Origin: Escherichia coli | Lineage (GTDB): Bacteria; Pseudomonadota; Gammaproteobacteria; Enterobacterales; Enterobacteriaceae | Assembly (NCBI RefSeq): GCF_022846255.1 | Contig: NZ_AP025682.1 | Length of the DNA stretch: 64,000 bases | Strand: one strand, 5' to 3' | Shown here: piece after piece, positions 25,652-37,623 of the stretch | Layout of the letters: each line of letters opens with the position of its first letter | How positions within the stretch are numbered: position 1 is the first letter of the stretch | Notes under the pieces: model-generated | What the model was told of the DNA's origin: nothing | Database searches by the model: none | Seen by the model: the letters and a program-made list of their open reading frames with translations, nothing else | Translations under genes and position numbers: made by a program

Positions 25652-26115
25652 TTGGCACCGTGTTTCTGGGTAAACAAACGAAAGGCATCCAGCGTCTCTT
25701 CACTAACATGGTGCTCCATACCTTCCGCGTCGCGACGGGCGATTTCCGGACTGACGCCCAACACCAACAAGAAATTTTCGACTATCTGATGTCGCTCGCG
25801 GCTTTCCTGCGCCAGCTTCTCTCCTTCTGCCGTTAAAAACACGCCACGCCAGGGGATCATTTCAATCAGCCCCATGGTTGCCAGTCGCTTAAGCATTTTA
25901 GCCACCGTCGGTTGCGAAACTCCCAAACGAGCAGCCATGTCTACCTGACGAGCTTCCCCCACTTCCCTGATCAAGTCAGAAATCAGCTCAACGTAATCAT
26001 CAATAAGCTCGCGCCGATGCGCCTCTCTGACCTGGCGGAACCCTTCAACGTGCTCTTCCACGTTCACTAACTGCGTCACTTTTTTTGCTGTTGGCGTACC
26101 TGCGCGACGACTCAT
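25648..26115 (-). CDS. mntR: manganese-responsive transcriptional regulator MntR (155 aa)
   Basis: ORF track; DtxR-family HTH; overlaps ybiR start by 4 nt. Confidence 0.92.
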
Positions 26116-26226
26116 TGTGCTTCCTCATTATGGTGACGCATACCTAGCGTTCTCATTTCGTGCGCACATTGTAAACCAGAGTTGCGAAGGTACAAAAAAT
26201 TAACGTTTTAGCAATAGCTATATAAT

Positions 26227-26240
26227 ATAGCCTGTGCTAT
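26227..26240. promoter_or_regulatory. candidate MntR operator (ATAGC-N4-GCTAT palindrome) upstream of mntS
   Basis: atagcctgtgctat palindrome about 60 nt upstream of the mntS ATG in the mntR-mntS divergent region. Confidence 0.5.
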
Positions 26241-26300
26241 ATCTGTATGTAATGCAATCATCCCTCAAGGATCGACGGGATTAGCAAGTCAGGAGGTCTT

Positions 26301-26429
26301 ATGAATGAGTTCAAGAGGTGTATACGCGTGTTTAGTCATTCTCCCTTTAAAGTACGGTTAATGCTGCTCTCTATGTTGTGCGATATGGTCAACAACAAAC
26401 CGCAGCAGGATAAACCTTCCGATAAATAG
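26301..26429 (+). CDS. mntS: small protein MntS (42 aa), manganese homeostasis
   Basis: ATG preceded by AGGAGG; translation MNEFKRCIRVFSHSPFKVRLMLLSMLCDMVNNKPQQDKPSDK; not in the ORF track because it is below the length cut-off. Confidence 0.85.
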   Translation: MNEFKRCIRVFSHSPFKVRLMLLSMLCDMVNNKPQQDKPSDK

Positions 26430-26700
26430 CGGCGTCGCGGTACGCCGCTTCACTCCTGCTTTTATGCAGGCACAACGCGTTTTGGTCTGAAAAACCCCAC
26501 TTTTTGTCGGATTTGCAATCCCCTTCGCAAAAGATTTGTTCGTCGGTAGTTGACCTGAACAGCAGCTCGCTCTATCTTCTTGCAGCCCTGCGTATATTGC
26601 GGCTCGCGGATGCGGACCCCTTTCCCCTCTTCACGCACTCTTGCAGGTATTGACCCTTGACGCCAGGGTAAGCACATGGCGTTTGTTACAATAGTGGCAT

Positions 26701-28284
26701 ATGAATTTAACCCTCAAAGAATCGCTTGTTACCCGTAGCCGGGTATTTAGCCCGTGGACTGCGTTCTACTTTTTACAGTCGCTATTAATTAACCTCGGCT
26801 TAGGTTACCCCTTCAGTTTGCTCTACACCGCTGCGTTTACGGCTATTTTGCTTTTGCTATGGCGAACATTGCCTCGCGTACAAAAAGTTCTGGTCGGTAT
26901 CAGCTCGCTGGTGGCGGCTTGTTATTTCCCTTTTGCTCAGGCCTACGGCGCGCCTAACTTCAATACATTGCTGGCATTGCACTCCACCAATATGGAAGAG
27001 TCGACCGAAATCCTGACGATTTTTCCATGGTACAGCTACCTGGTCGGCATATTTATTTTTGCGCTCGGCGTAATAGCGATCAGGCGAAAAAAAGAGAGTG
27101 AAAAAGCGCGCTGGAATACCTTCGACAGCCTGTGCCTGGTATTCAGTGTGGCGACATTTTTTGTTGCTCCCGTGCAAAACCTGGCCTGGGGCGGCGTATT
27201 TAAACTGAAAGATACTGGCTATCCGGTATTTCGTTTTGCTAAGGATGTCATCGTCAATAATAACGAGGTGATTGAAGAGCAAGAACGGATGGCAAAACTT
27301 TCCGGAATGAAAGATACCTGGACGGTCACTGCCGTTAAGCCGAAGTATCAGACCTATGTGGTGGTGATCGGAGAAAGCGCGCGTCGCGATGCCCTCGGTG
27401 CCTTTGGCGGTCACTGGGACAATACCCCGTTTGCCAGCAGCGTTAACGGTTTGATATTTGCTGACTACATTGCCGCCAGTGGCTCCACGCAGAAATCGCT
27501 TGGCTTAACGCTCAATCGCGTTGTCGATGGCAAACCACAGTTTCAGGATAACTTTGTCACCCTGGCAAATCGCGCGGGCTTCCAGACCTGGTGGTTTTCC
27601 AACCAGGGTCAAATCGGCGAATACGATACCGCCATCGCCAGCATCGCCAAACGAGCAGATGAAGTGTACTTCCTGAAAGAAGGTAATTTTGAAGCAGATA
27701 AAAACACGAAAGACGAAGCGTTACTGGATATGACCGCTCAAGTGCTGGCGCAAGAGCACTCGCAACCGCAGCTGATTGTTCTACATCTGATGGGCTCGCA
27801 TCCGCAGGCCTGCGACCGGACACAAGGCAAATACGAAACCTTTGTGCAATCAAAAGAAACGTCGTGCTATCTCTATACCATGACGCAAACAGACAATTTA
27901 CTGCGCAAGCTGTACGATCAGTTACGCAACAGCGGCAGCAGCTTCTCGCTGGTTTACTTTTCCGACCACGGTCTGGCCTTTAAAGAGCGCGGCAAAGACG
28001 TGCAATACCTTGCCCATGATGATAAGTATCAGCAAAATTTCCAGGTGCCTTTTATGGTCATTTCCAGCGACGATAAAGCGCATCGGGTGATTAAAGCCCG
28101 CCGCTCGGCGAATGACTTCTTAGGCTTTTTCTCGCAGTGGACGGGAATTAAAGCGAAGGAAATAAATATCAAATACCCGTTTATTTCTGAGAAGAAAGCC
28201 GGGCCGATATACATCACCAACTTCCAGTTACAGAAGGTGGATTACAACCATCTCGGAACCGATAATTTCGACCCGAAACCTTAA
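26701..28284 (+). CDS. opgE: phosphoethanolamine transferase OpgE/YbiP (527 aa)
   Basis: ORF track; N-terminal TM helices plus sulfatase-like periplasmic domain. Confidence 0.9.
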   Translation: MNLTLKESLVTRSRVFSPWTAFYFLQSLLINLGLGYPFSLLYTAAFTAILLLLWRTLPRVQKVLVGISSLVAACYFPFAQAYGAPNFNTLLALHSTNMEESTEILTIFPWYSYLVGIFIFALGVIAIRRKKESEKARWNTFDSLCLVFSVATFFVAPVQNLAWGGVFKLKDTGYPVFRFAKDVIVNNNEVIEEQERMAKLSGMKDTWTVTAVKPKYQTYVVVIGESARRDALGAFGGHWDNTPFASSVNGLIFADYIAASGSTQKSLGLTLNRVVDGKPQFQDNFVTLANRAGFQTWWFSNQGQIGEYDTAIASIAKRADEVYFLKEGNFEADKNTKDEALLDMTAQVLAQEHSQPQLIVLHLMGSHPQACDRTQGKYETFVQSKETSCYLYTMTQTDNLLRKLYDQLRNSGSSFSLVYFSDHGLAFKERGKDVQYLAHDDKYQQNFQVPFMVISSDDKAHRVIKARRSANDFLGFFSQWTGIKAKEINIKYPFISEKKAGPIYITNFQLQKVDYNHLGTDNFDPKP

Positions 28285-28285
28285 A

Positions 28286-28318
28286 ACAAAAAAATCCGCC
28301 CCGAGAGGCGGATTTTTA
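28286..28318. terminator. bidirectional rho-independent terminator between convergent opgE and ompX
   Basis: A-run, atccgcc-loop-ggcggat stem, T-run. Confidence 0.8.
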
Positions 28319-28332
28319 TATCACCGAAGTGA

Positions 28333-28848
28333 TTAGAAGCGGTAACCAACACCGGCAATCCAGGTGCCTACGTCAACGCTACGAATACGGCTCTGCTCGT
28401 AAGAGAAGTCCAGAGCAACGTTTTCCATCGGGTTGAACTGCAAACCAGCACCGTAGGAGAAACCGTAGTCGCTGGTGTCGTGTTTGTAGGTCGGGTATTC
28501 AGTGGTCTGGAATTTACCATAACCCACACCCACTACACCGTAGATGCTTGCCCAGTCGTTAATGCGGTAAGCCGGACCAGCAGTGATGCCGTAGTACTGG
28601 TTTTTGTTGTAGTCACCAGAGCTTGCAGTACGGCTTTTCTCGGTGTAAGTGAAAGAACCGATCACACCCAGCGGGCTGTTGTCTTCTTCATAGCGGTATT
28701 TCAGGTTGAAACCGCCCATTTTGTTCATTTGGCCCTGAGCGTCGCTTTGTGCGTAACCGCCAGTTACGGTAGAAGTCGCAGCTACGGAAGTACCTGCGGT
28801 GAAAGCCAGAACTGCGGCCAGTGCTGAAAGACATGCAATTTTTTTCAT
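28333..28848 (-). CDS. ompX: outer membrane protein OmpX (171 aa)
   Basis: ORF track trimmed to MKKIACLSALAAVLAFTAGTSVA; C-terminal ...GYRF beta-barrel signature. Confidence 0.95.
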   Translation of the reverse strand: MKKIACLSALAAVLAFTAGTSVAATSTVTGGYAQSDAQGQMNKMGGFNLKYRYEEDNSPLGVIGSFTYTEKSRTASSGDYNKNQYYGITAGPAYRINDWASIYGVVGVGYGKFQTTEYPTYKHDTSDYGFSYGAGLQFNPMENVALDFSYEQSRIRSVDVGTWIAGVGYRF

Positions 28849-29200
28849 AACCACCTCAAATGTGATTCAAATAAGTCCTAAGTTTTAAATATATCAAAAA
28901 TTAATGGGAAACTCTTCGCGATTTATGATGTCTAACGGGCCATTTCATGTAACAGAACGTTTCCATACACCGCTATCCATCTAAATTTAAATCACTTTTT
29001 CAGAGAACTGCGTAAGTATTACGCATGTTTTCCCTGTCATTCATCCAGATTATTCCTAATCACCAGACTAATGATTCCATCAATCCTGGCGCATTTTAGT
29101 CAAAACGGGGGAAAATTTTTTCAACAAATGCTCAACCAGCATTGGGTATATCCAGTACACTCCACGCTTTACTTAGGTTTAGATATTTGTGGGAGAAAGG

Positions 29201-30088
29201 ATGCCTGGTTCATTACGTAAAATGCCGGTCTGGTTACCAATAGTCATATTGCTCGTTGCCATGGCGTCTATTCAGGGTGGAGCCTCGTTAGCTAAGTCAC
29301 TTTTTCCTCTGGTGGGCGCACCAGGGGTCACTGCGCTGCGTCTGGCATTAGGCACGCTGATCCTCATCGCGTTCTTTAAGCCATGGCGACTGCGCTTTGC
29401 CAAAGAGCAACGATTACCGCTGTTGTTTTACGGCGTTTCGCTGGGTGGAATGAATTATCTTTTTTATCTTTCTATTCAGACGGTACCGCTGGGTATTGCG
29501 GTGGCGCTGGAGTTCACCGGACCACTGGCGGTGGCACTGTTCTCTTCTCGTCGCCCGGTAGATTTCGTCTGGGTTGTGCTGGCGGTTCTTGGTCTGTGGT
29601 TCCTGCTACCGCTGGGGCAAGACGTTTCCCATGTCGATTTAACCGGCTGTGCGCTGGCACTGGGGGCCGGGGCTTGTTGGGCTATTTACATTTTAAGTGG
29701 GCAACGCGCAGGAGCGGAACATGGCCCTGCGACGGTGGCAATTGGTTCGTTGATTGCAGCGTTAATTTTCGTGCCAATTGGAGCGCTTCAGGCTGGTGAA
29801 GCACTCTGGCACTGGTCGGTTATTCCATTGGGTCTGGCTGTCGCTATTCTCTCGACCGCTCTGCCTTATTCGCTGGAAATGATTGCCCTCACCCGTTTGC
29901 CAACACGCACATTTGGTACGCTAATGAGCATGGAACCTGCGCTGGCTGCCGTTTCCGGGATGATTTTCCTCGGAGAAACACTGACACCCATACAGCTGCT
30001 GGCGCTCGGCGCTATCATCGCCGCTTCAATGGGTTCTACGCTGACAGTACGCAAAGAGAGCAAAATAAAAGAATTAGACATAAATTAA
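29201..30088 (+). CDS. rhtA: threonine/homoserine exporter RhtA (DMT superfamily, 295 aa)
   Basis: ORF track trimmed to MPGSLRKMPVW with GGGAGAAAGG RBS; 10-TM EamA-type. Confidence 0.9.
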   Translation: MPGSLRKMPVWLPIVILLVAMASIQGGASLAKSLFPLVGAPGVTALRLALGTLILIAFFKPWRLRFAKEQRLPLLFYGVSLGGMNYLFYLSIQTVPLGIAVALEFTGPLAVALFSSRRPVDFVWVVLAVLGLWFLLPLGQDVSHVDLTGCALALGAGACWAIYILSGQRAGAEHGPATVAIGSLIAALIFVPIGALQAGEALWHWSVIPLGLAVAILSTALPYSLEMIALTRLPTRTFGTLMSMEPALAAVSGMIFLGETLTPIQLLALGAIIAASMGSTLTVRKESKIKELDIN

Positions 30089-30213
30089 ATTTACATTTCT
30101 GCATGGTTATGCATAACCATGCAGATTTTCTCGCTACTTTTCCTCTACACCGTCTTTATATATCGAATTATGCAAAAGCATATTTATTCCGAAAATTCCT
30201 GGCGAGCAAATAA

Positions 30214-30891
<678 letters not shown>

Positions 30892-30929
30892 ATCCATCGC
30901 TGATGGTGCAGAACTTTAGTACACGATAA

Positions 30930-30965
30930 AAGCGGCTTCCTGACAGGAGGCCGTTTTGTTTTGTA
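30930..30965 (+). terminator. dps terminator hairpin plus T-tract
   Basis: ggcttcct...aggaggcc imperfect stem followed by ttttgttttg. Confidence 0.55.
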
Positions 30966-31107
30966 GCCCGCCTCAACGCACTTATTTAGTGCATCCATCT
31001 GCTATCCCCAGCTGGTTAAGTAAATTTTTTGTATCCACATCATCACACAATCGTTACATAAAGATTGTTTTTTCATCATGTTTTACGCTAAATAATCACT
31101 GTGTTGA

Positions 31108-31240
31108 GTGCACAATTTTAGCGCACCAGTTTGGTGCCCCAGAATGGTGCATCTTCAGGGTATTGCCCTATAAATCGTGCATCACGTTTTTGCCGCATCT
31201 CGAAAAATCAATGAGTTGCAAAACTGGCACGATTTTTTCA
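31108..31240 (+). promoter_or_regulatory. glnH regulatory region: NtrC-type sites and sigma54 promoter
   Basis: gcaccagtttggtgc palindrome (about 31123..31137) and overlapping tgcaccattctgggg-like half-sites; TGGCAC-N5-TTTCA at about 31225..31240, about 55 nt upstream of the glnH ATG. Confidence 0.7.
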
Positions 31241-31279
31241 TATATGTGAATGTCACGCAGGGGATCGTCCCGTGGATAG

Positions 31280-32041
<762 letters not shown>

Positions 32042-32069
32042 TAACGCTGCGCCTGTAAAGCGCACTGGC

Positions 32070-32135
32070 AGTTCCCTCTCCCCGCCGGGGAGAGGATTAG
32101 GGTGAAGGGCGCAAACCCGCTCCGGGGCCATTAAT
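32070..32135 (+). other. intercistronic GC-rich stem-loop(s) between glnH and glnP
   Basis: ccctctcccc-gcc-ggggagagg perfect 9-10 bp stem followed by a gggtgaagggcg...ccgctccggggcc segment. Confidence 0.6.
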
Positions 32136-32179
32136 TACCCTGAATTTGATTATTTACACCACGGTAACAGGAACAACAT

Positions 32180-32839
32180 ATGCAGTTTGACTGGAGTGCC
32201 ATCTGGCCTGCCATTCCGCTTCTGATTGAAGGTGCCAAAATGACCCTGTGGATTTCGGTCCTCGGTCTGGCTGGCGGTCTGGTGATCGGATTGTTGGCAG
32301 GTTTTGCACGCACCTTCGGTGGTTGGATAGCCAACCACGTCGCGCTGGTCTTTATTGAAGTGATCCGCGGCACACCTATCGTCGTCCAGGTGATGTTTAT
32401 CTATTTCGCCCTGCCGATGGCGTTTAACGATTTACGCATCGACCCGTTTACTGCGGCGGTGGTCACCATCATGATCAACTCCGGCGCGTACATTGCGGAA
32501 ATCACGCGTGGTGCGGTGCTGTCTATTCACAAAGGTTTTCGTGAAGCAGGACTGGCGCTCGGTCTTTCACGTTGGGAAACCATTCGCTACGTCATTTTAC
32601 CGCTGGCACTGCGTCGTATGCTGCCGCCGCTGGGTAACCAGTGGATCATCAGCATTAAAGACACTTCGCTGTTTATTGTTATCGGCGTGGCTGAGCTGAC
32701 CCGTCAGGGGCAAGAAATTATTGCCGGTAACTTCCGCGCCCTGGAGATCTGGAGCGCCGTGGCGGTGTTCTATCTGATTATTACCCTGGTGCTGAGCTTT
32801 ATTCTGCGTCGTCTGGAAAGAAGGATGAAAATCCTGTGA
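32180..32839 (+). CDS. glnP: glutamine ABC transporter permease GlnP (219 aa)
   Basis: ORF track; polar amino-acid permease. Confidence 0.95.
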
Positions 32840-33558
32840 TTGAATTTAAAAACGTCTCCAAGCATTTTGGTCCAACCCAGGTGCTGCACAATATCGATTT
32901 GAACATTGCTCAGGGCGAAGTCGTGGTGATTATCGGGCCGTCCGGTTCCGGTAAATCGACCCTGCTGCGCTGCATCAACAAACTGGAAGAAATCACCTCC
33001 GGCGATCTGATTGTCGATGGCCTGAAGGTTAACGATCCGAAAGTTGATGAGCGCCTGATTCGCCAGGAAGCGGGTATGGTGTTCCAGCAGTTTTACCTCT
33101 TCCCGCATCTGACGGCGCTGGAAAACGTCATGTTTGGCCCGCTACGCGTGCGTGGCGCGAATAAAGAAGAGGCGGAAAAACTGGCGCGTGAGCTGCTGGC
33201 GAAAGTCGGTCTGGCAGAGCGTGCACATCACTACCCTTCCGAACTTTCTGGTGGTCAACAGCAGCGTGTGGCGATTGCCCGCGCGCTGGCGGTGAAGCCG
33301 AAAATGATGCTGTTTGATGAACCGACTTCCGCTCTTGACCCGGAACTGCGCCATGAAGTGCTGAAGGTTATGCAGGATCTGGCTGAAGAAGGGATGACGA
33401 TGGTGATCGTGACCCACGAAATCGGTTTTGCCGAGAAAGTAGCTTCGCGCCTGATCTTTATCGACAAAGGCCGGATTGCAGAAGATGGCGATCCGCAGGT
33501 GTTGATCAAGAACCCGCCGAGCCAGCGCTTGCAGGAATTTTTGCAGCACGTCTCTTAA
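32836..33558 (+). CDS. glnQ: glutamine ABC transporter ATPase GlnQ (240 aa), GTG start overlapping glnP stop
   Basis: ORF track; GPSGSGKST Walker A, LSGGQQQR signature. Confidence 0.95.
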
Positions 33559-33565
33559 CTTCTCT

Positions 33566-33591
33566 GCCTCCCTTTCCCCCGAAAGGGAGGC
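33566..33591 (+). terminator. strong hairpin 3' of glnQ
   Basis: 11-bp stem gcctccctttc / gaaagggaggc; weak T-tract. Confidence 0.5.
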
Positions 33592-33674
33592 ACACCAGAT
33601 TCCTCTCATTTAAAATCGCCCAGCCTCCAGCATCTATACTTATCTTTTTGCTCTGTTTTCTCACTGGAGGAGTC

Positions 33675-35900
33675 ATGCGGTGGATCCTGTTCATCCTCTT
33701 CTGCCTGTTGGGCGCACCTGCCCACGCGGTATCCATACCCGGCGTTACAACCACAACGACAACGGACTCAACGACTGAACCGGCCCCGGAACCGGATATC
33801 GAACAAAAAAAAGCGGCCTATGGCGCACTGGCGGATGTGCTGGATAATGACACCTCGCGTAAAGAGTTGATCGACCAGTTGCGCACCGTCGCCGCGACGC
33901 CCCCTGCGGAACCCGTACCGAAGATCGTGCCGCCGACGCTGGTTGAAGAGCAAACCGTGCTGCAAAAGGTCACCGAAGTCAGCCGCCATTATGGTGAAGC
34001 CCTTTCCGCCCGCTTCGGGCAACTTTATCGCAATATCACCGGCTCCCCGCATAAGCCGTTTAATCCACAAACCTTCAGCAATGCGCTGACCCACTTTTCA
34101 ATGTTAGCGGTATTAGTGTTTGGTTTTTACTGGCTGATTCGTCTGTGCGCACTGCCGCTGTATCGCAAAATGGGCCAGTGGGCGCGGCAAAAAAATCGTG
34201 AGCGCAGTAACTGGTTGCAGCTTCCGGCGATGATCATCGGGGCGTTTATTATCGACCTGCTGTTACTGGCACTGACATTATTTGTCGGCCAGGTATTAAG
34301 CGACAACCTGAATGCGGGCAGTCGCACCATCGCTTTCCAACAAAGTTTGTTTCTCAACGCCTTTGCCCTGATTGAATTTTTCAAAGCCGTACTACGCCTG
34401 ATTTTTTGCCCAAACGTGGCTGAACTGCGCCCGTTCACGATTCATGACGAGACCGCCCGTTACTGGAGTCGTCGCCTGAGCTGGTTAAGCAGCCTGATTG
34501 GCTATGGTCTGATTGTGGCTGTGCCGATTATCTCTAATCAGGTGAATGTACAGATAGGTGCGCTGGCAAACGTCATCATTATGCTGTGCATGACCGTCTG
34601 GGCGTTGTACCTGATTTTTCGTAATAAAAAAGAGATCACCCAGCATTTGCTCAACTTTGCGGAGCATTCGCTGGCCTTTTTCAGCCTGTTTATCCGCGCC
34701 TTTGCGCTGGTGTGGCACTGGCTGGCAAGCGCCTATTTTATCGTGCTGTTTTTCTTTTCGTTGTTCGATCCGGGCAACAGCCTGAAATTTATGATGGGTG
34801 CAACGGTGCGCAGCCTGGCGATTATTGGTATCGCAGCATTTGTTTCCGGTATGTTTTCCCGCTGGCTGGCAAAAACCATCACCCTCTCGCCACATACTCA
34901 GCGTAACTATCCAGAACTGCAAAAACGGCTGAATGGCTGGCTTTCGGCGGCGCTGAAAACGGCGCGTATTCTGACCGTCTGCGTGGCGGTAATGTTGCTG
35001 TTGAGCGCATGGGGATTGTTCGATTTCTGGAACTGGCTGCAAAACGGCGCGGGGCAGAAAACCGTAGATATCCTGATCCGTATCGCACTCATTCTTTTCT
35101 TCTCGGCGGTTGGCTGGACGGTGCTCGCCAGTTTGATCGAAAACCGGCTGGCTTCGGATATTCATGGCCGCCCGCTACCCAGCGCCCGTACGCGAACCCT
35201 GCTGACGCTGTTCCGTAACGCGCTGGCGGTGATTATCAGTACCATCACCATCATGATTGTGTTGTCGGAAATCGGCGTCAATATCGCGCCATTGCTGGCA
35301 GGTGCCGGGGCATTAGGTCTGGCTATCTCGTTTGGTTCGCAAACGCTGGTGAAAGATATCATTACCGGAGTATTTATTCAGTTTGAAAACGGCATGAACA
35401 CTGGAGATTTGGTGACTATCGGGCCGTTGACCGGCACTGTGGAACGGATGTCGATTCGCTCCGTGGGCGTGCGCCAGGATACCGGGGCGTATCACATCAT
35501 TCCGTGGTCTTCGATAACCACCTTTGCTAACTTCGTCCGCGGTATTGGTTCGGTAGTGGCAAATTATGATGTTGATCGCCATGAAGATGCTGATAAAGCC
35601 AATCAGGCACTGAAAGATGCGGTAGCGGAATTAATGGAAAACGAAGAAATTCGCGGGCTGGTTATTGGTGAACCGAACTTTGCCGGGATTGTCGGCTTAA
35701 GCAATACCGCGTTTACACTGCGTGTTTCGTTCACCACGCTGCCACTCAAACAGTGGACGGTCCGCTTTGCCCTCGACAGCCAGGTGAAAAAACATTTCGA
35801 CCTGGCGGGTGTTCGCGCGCCGGTGCAGACTTATCAGGTGCTGCCAGCTCCGGGCGCGGCCCCGGCTGAACCGTTGCCGCCGGGGGAGCCAACGCTTTAA
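33675..35900 (+). CDS. ybiO: MscS-family mechanosensitive channel YbiO (741 aa)
   Basis: ORF track trimmed to [18 protein letters not shown] (signal peptide, GGAGGAG RBS); multiple TM helices plus MscS C-terminal domain. Confidence 0.9.
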   Translation: MRWILFILFCLLGAPAHAVSIPGVTTTTTTDSTTEPAPEPDIEQKKAAYGALADVLDNDTSRKELIDQLRTVAATPPAEPVPKIVPPTLVEEQTVLQKVTEVSRHYGEALSARFGQLYRNITGSPHKPFNPQTFSNALTHFSMLAVLVFGFYWLIRLCALPLYRKMGQWARQKNRERSNWLQLPAMIIGAFIIDLLLLALTLFVGQVLSDNLNAGSRTIAFQQSLFLNAFALIEFFKAVLRLIFCPNVAELRPFTIHDETARYWSRRLSWLSSLIGYGLIVAVPIISNQVNVQIGALANVIIMLCMTVWALYLIFRNKKEITQHLLNFAEHSLAFFSLFIRAFALVWHWLASAYFIVLFFFSLFDPGNSLKFMMGATVRSLAIIGIAAFVSGMFSRWLAKTITLSPHTQRNYPELQKRLNGWLSAALKTARILTVCVAVMLLLSAWGLFDFWNWLQNGAGQKTVDILIRIALILFFSAVGWTVLASLIENRLASDIHGRPLPSARTRTLLTLFRNALAVIISTITIMIVLSEIGVNIAPLLAGAGALGLAISFGSQTLVKDIITGVFIQFENGMNTGDLVTIGPLTGTVERMSIRSVGVRQDTGAYHIIPWSSITTFANFVRGIGSVVANYDVDRHEDADKANQALKDAVAELMENEEIRGLVIGEPNFAGIVGLSNTAFTLRVSFTTLPLKQWTVRFALDSQVKKHFDLAGVRAPVQTYQVLPAPGAAPAEPLPPGEPTL

Positions 35901-36823
35901 CGCTGGCGATTGACAAAACGGCGGCGCTGCTCGTCGTTCATAAAGGTCCAGGCTATAAAGCGGCTCTGCTTTTGCCCCTGGGCCATCTCTTTTTTTACCA
36001 CCTTCACCGCACCTACGTCCGTCAGAGCACGATACAACGGCGGTAAGTTTTCACCACGAGATACCAGCGAGGTAAACCACATCACCTGCTTCGCGAAGCC
36101 TTTGCTCTCTTCAATCATCTTTTTGATAAAAGCGACCTCACCGCCTTCACACCACAACTCCTGTTGCTGACCACCAAAGTTCAGTGCATCGTCTTTGTTC
36201 AGCCCCAGGTTACGGCGTTTACGTTCACTACCTGCCCGTGCCGCAGCGGCGGAATCGTGGAATGGCGGGTTACACAAGGTCGCATCGTATTGCTCGTTTT
36301 TATGGATGATGCCGTTAAAAATCGCCCCACTCTCTTTTTGCCGACGCAGACGAATAGCGCGGTTAAGCCCCGGATTAGCACTGATGATCGCCTGCGCACT
36401 GCTTAACGCCTGGCTGCTGGTTTCACTACCGGTAAAACGCCAGCCATATTCATGTACGCCAATCAGCGGATAAATACAGTTCGCACCAACGCCGATATCC
36501 AGAATGCTGGCATTAGCTGGAATTGTTCCGCTTGCTTCAGCCAGTAAATCGGCAAGGTGATGAATATAATCCGCCCGGCCCGGTACTGGCGGGCAGAGAA
36601 AACCGTCCGGGATATCCCAGTTCGCTACGGCGTAAAAATGGGCCAGCAACGCCTTATTGAGCGCCTTCACCGCCAGCGGATTGGCAAAGTCTACGCTTTG
36701 CTCCCCGGTGGGTGTAAGCGTGAGGAATTGCCTGAGTTCAGGATTGACCTGACAAAGCGTGGCGAGATCGTAGCGGCTGTGATGACGGTTGCGCGGATGC
36801 AACCCCGGTTTCTGGGCGGACAT
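35897..36823 (-). CDS. rlmF: 23S rRNA m6A1618 methyltransferase RlmF (308 aa)
   Basis: ORF track trimmed to [20 protein letters not shown]; NPPF motif (LCNPPFH). Confidence 0.9.
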   Translation of the reverse strand: MSAQKPGLHPRNRHHSRYDLATLCQVNPELRQFLTLTPTGEQSVDFANPLAVKALNKALLAHFYAVANWDIPDGFLCPPVPGRADYIHHLADLLAEASGTIPANASILDIGVGANCIYPLIGVHEYGWRFTGSETSSQALSSAQAIISANPGLNRAIRLRRQKESGAIFNGIIHKNEQYDATLCNPPFHDSAAAARAGSERKRRNLGLNKDDALNFGGQQQELWCEGGEVAFIKKMIEESKGFAKQVMWFTSLVSRGENLPPLYRALTDVGAVKVVKKEMAQGQKQSRFIAWTFMNDEQRRRFVNRQR

Positions 36824-37098
36824 AGCATTCTCCTTTAAGCAGCGGCGTAAGATACTCGCATAACGCGACAGGGTAAATATCTGGCTGCGTTTATCATTTC
36901 TAAAAACCTTCACATGGATATGGTTTATGGCAATTCACCATAAAAATCATCATCATGCATGTCATTGATTTGTCTTATTTTGTAAAAATATATCGTTCAA
37001 AAAATAAGCGCATCTCTGTCAATTTTTTGCGTCATTTTCATCGCGCAGGCGACCTACACTTATCTGGCACTACCCGTTGTATTTATGAGGATGTCATT

Positions 37099-37359
37099 AT
37101 GAAAAAGTGCCTCACACTACTGATTGCCACCGTCCTGAGCGGAATCTCTCTCACGGCTTATGCCGCGCAACCGATGAGTAACCTGGACAGAGGTCAACTA
37201 CGGCCCGCCGGTACCGTTTCGGCAACTGGCGCATCAAACCTAAGCGATCTGGAGGATAAACTGGCAGAAAAAGCGCGCGAACAAGGCGCGAAAGGTTATG
37301 TCATTAATTCCGCAGGCGGAAATGACCAGATGTTCGGTACTGCAATCATCTACAAATAA
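37099..37359 (+). CDS. mcbA: DUF1471/YhcN-family small periplasmic protein McbA/YbiM (86 aa)
   Basis: ORF track trimmed to MKKCLTLLIATVLSGISLTAYA with GAGGA RBS; C-terminal GTAIIYK. Confidence 0.85.
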   Translation: MKKCLTLLIATVLSGISLTAYAAQPMSNLDRGQLRPAGTVSATGASNLSDLEDKLAEKAREQGAKGYVINSAGGNDQMFGTAIIYK

Positions 37360-37494
37360 CCCCACCAACGTAACTGCATTCGTCTCTGGATGCAGTTTTC
37401 GTCCGATTTGTAAGCAAAAAACATCAAATATGAACGCAATGTAAATAAATGTATTTCTTTTTCGCGCAATGGGTGATAGAAAATCGCGCCAAGT

Positions 37495-37519
37495 GATAAT
37501 GCTTATCAAAATTATTATC
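37495..37519 (+). promoter_or_regulatory. Fur box upstream of fiu
   Basis: gataatgcttatcaaaattattatc, close to GATAATGATAATCATTATC, about 105 nt upstream of the fiu ATG. Confidence 0.8.
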
Positions 37520-37623
37520 ACTTGCACGTACGCTATCACGGGATTAACAGTGGCATCGCATCCGCAGAGATGCTTTCTCGTGACAGTGAAAATTTCACCA
37601 TATAAGAAAAAGTCACCTGCAAA

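Noticed and set aside
28855-29200. Possible small RNA or small ORF in the ompX-rhtA divergent intergenic region
   Set aside because: It is AT-rich promoter-like DNA with no hairpin-plus-T terminator or RBS-preceded small ORF; nothing beyond the divergent promoters is supported.
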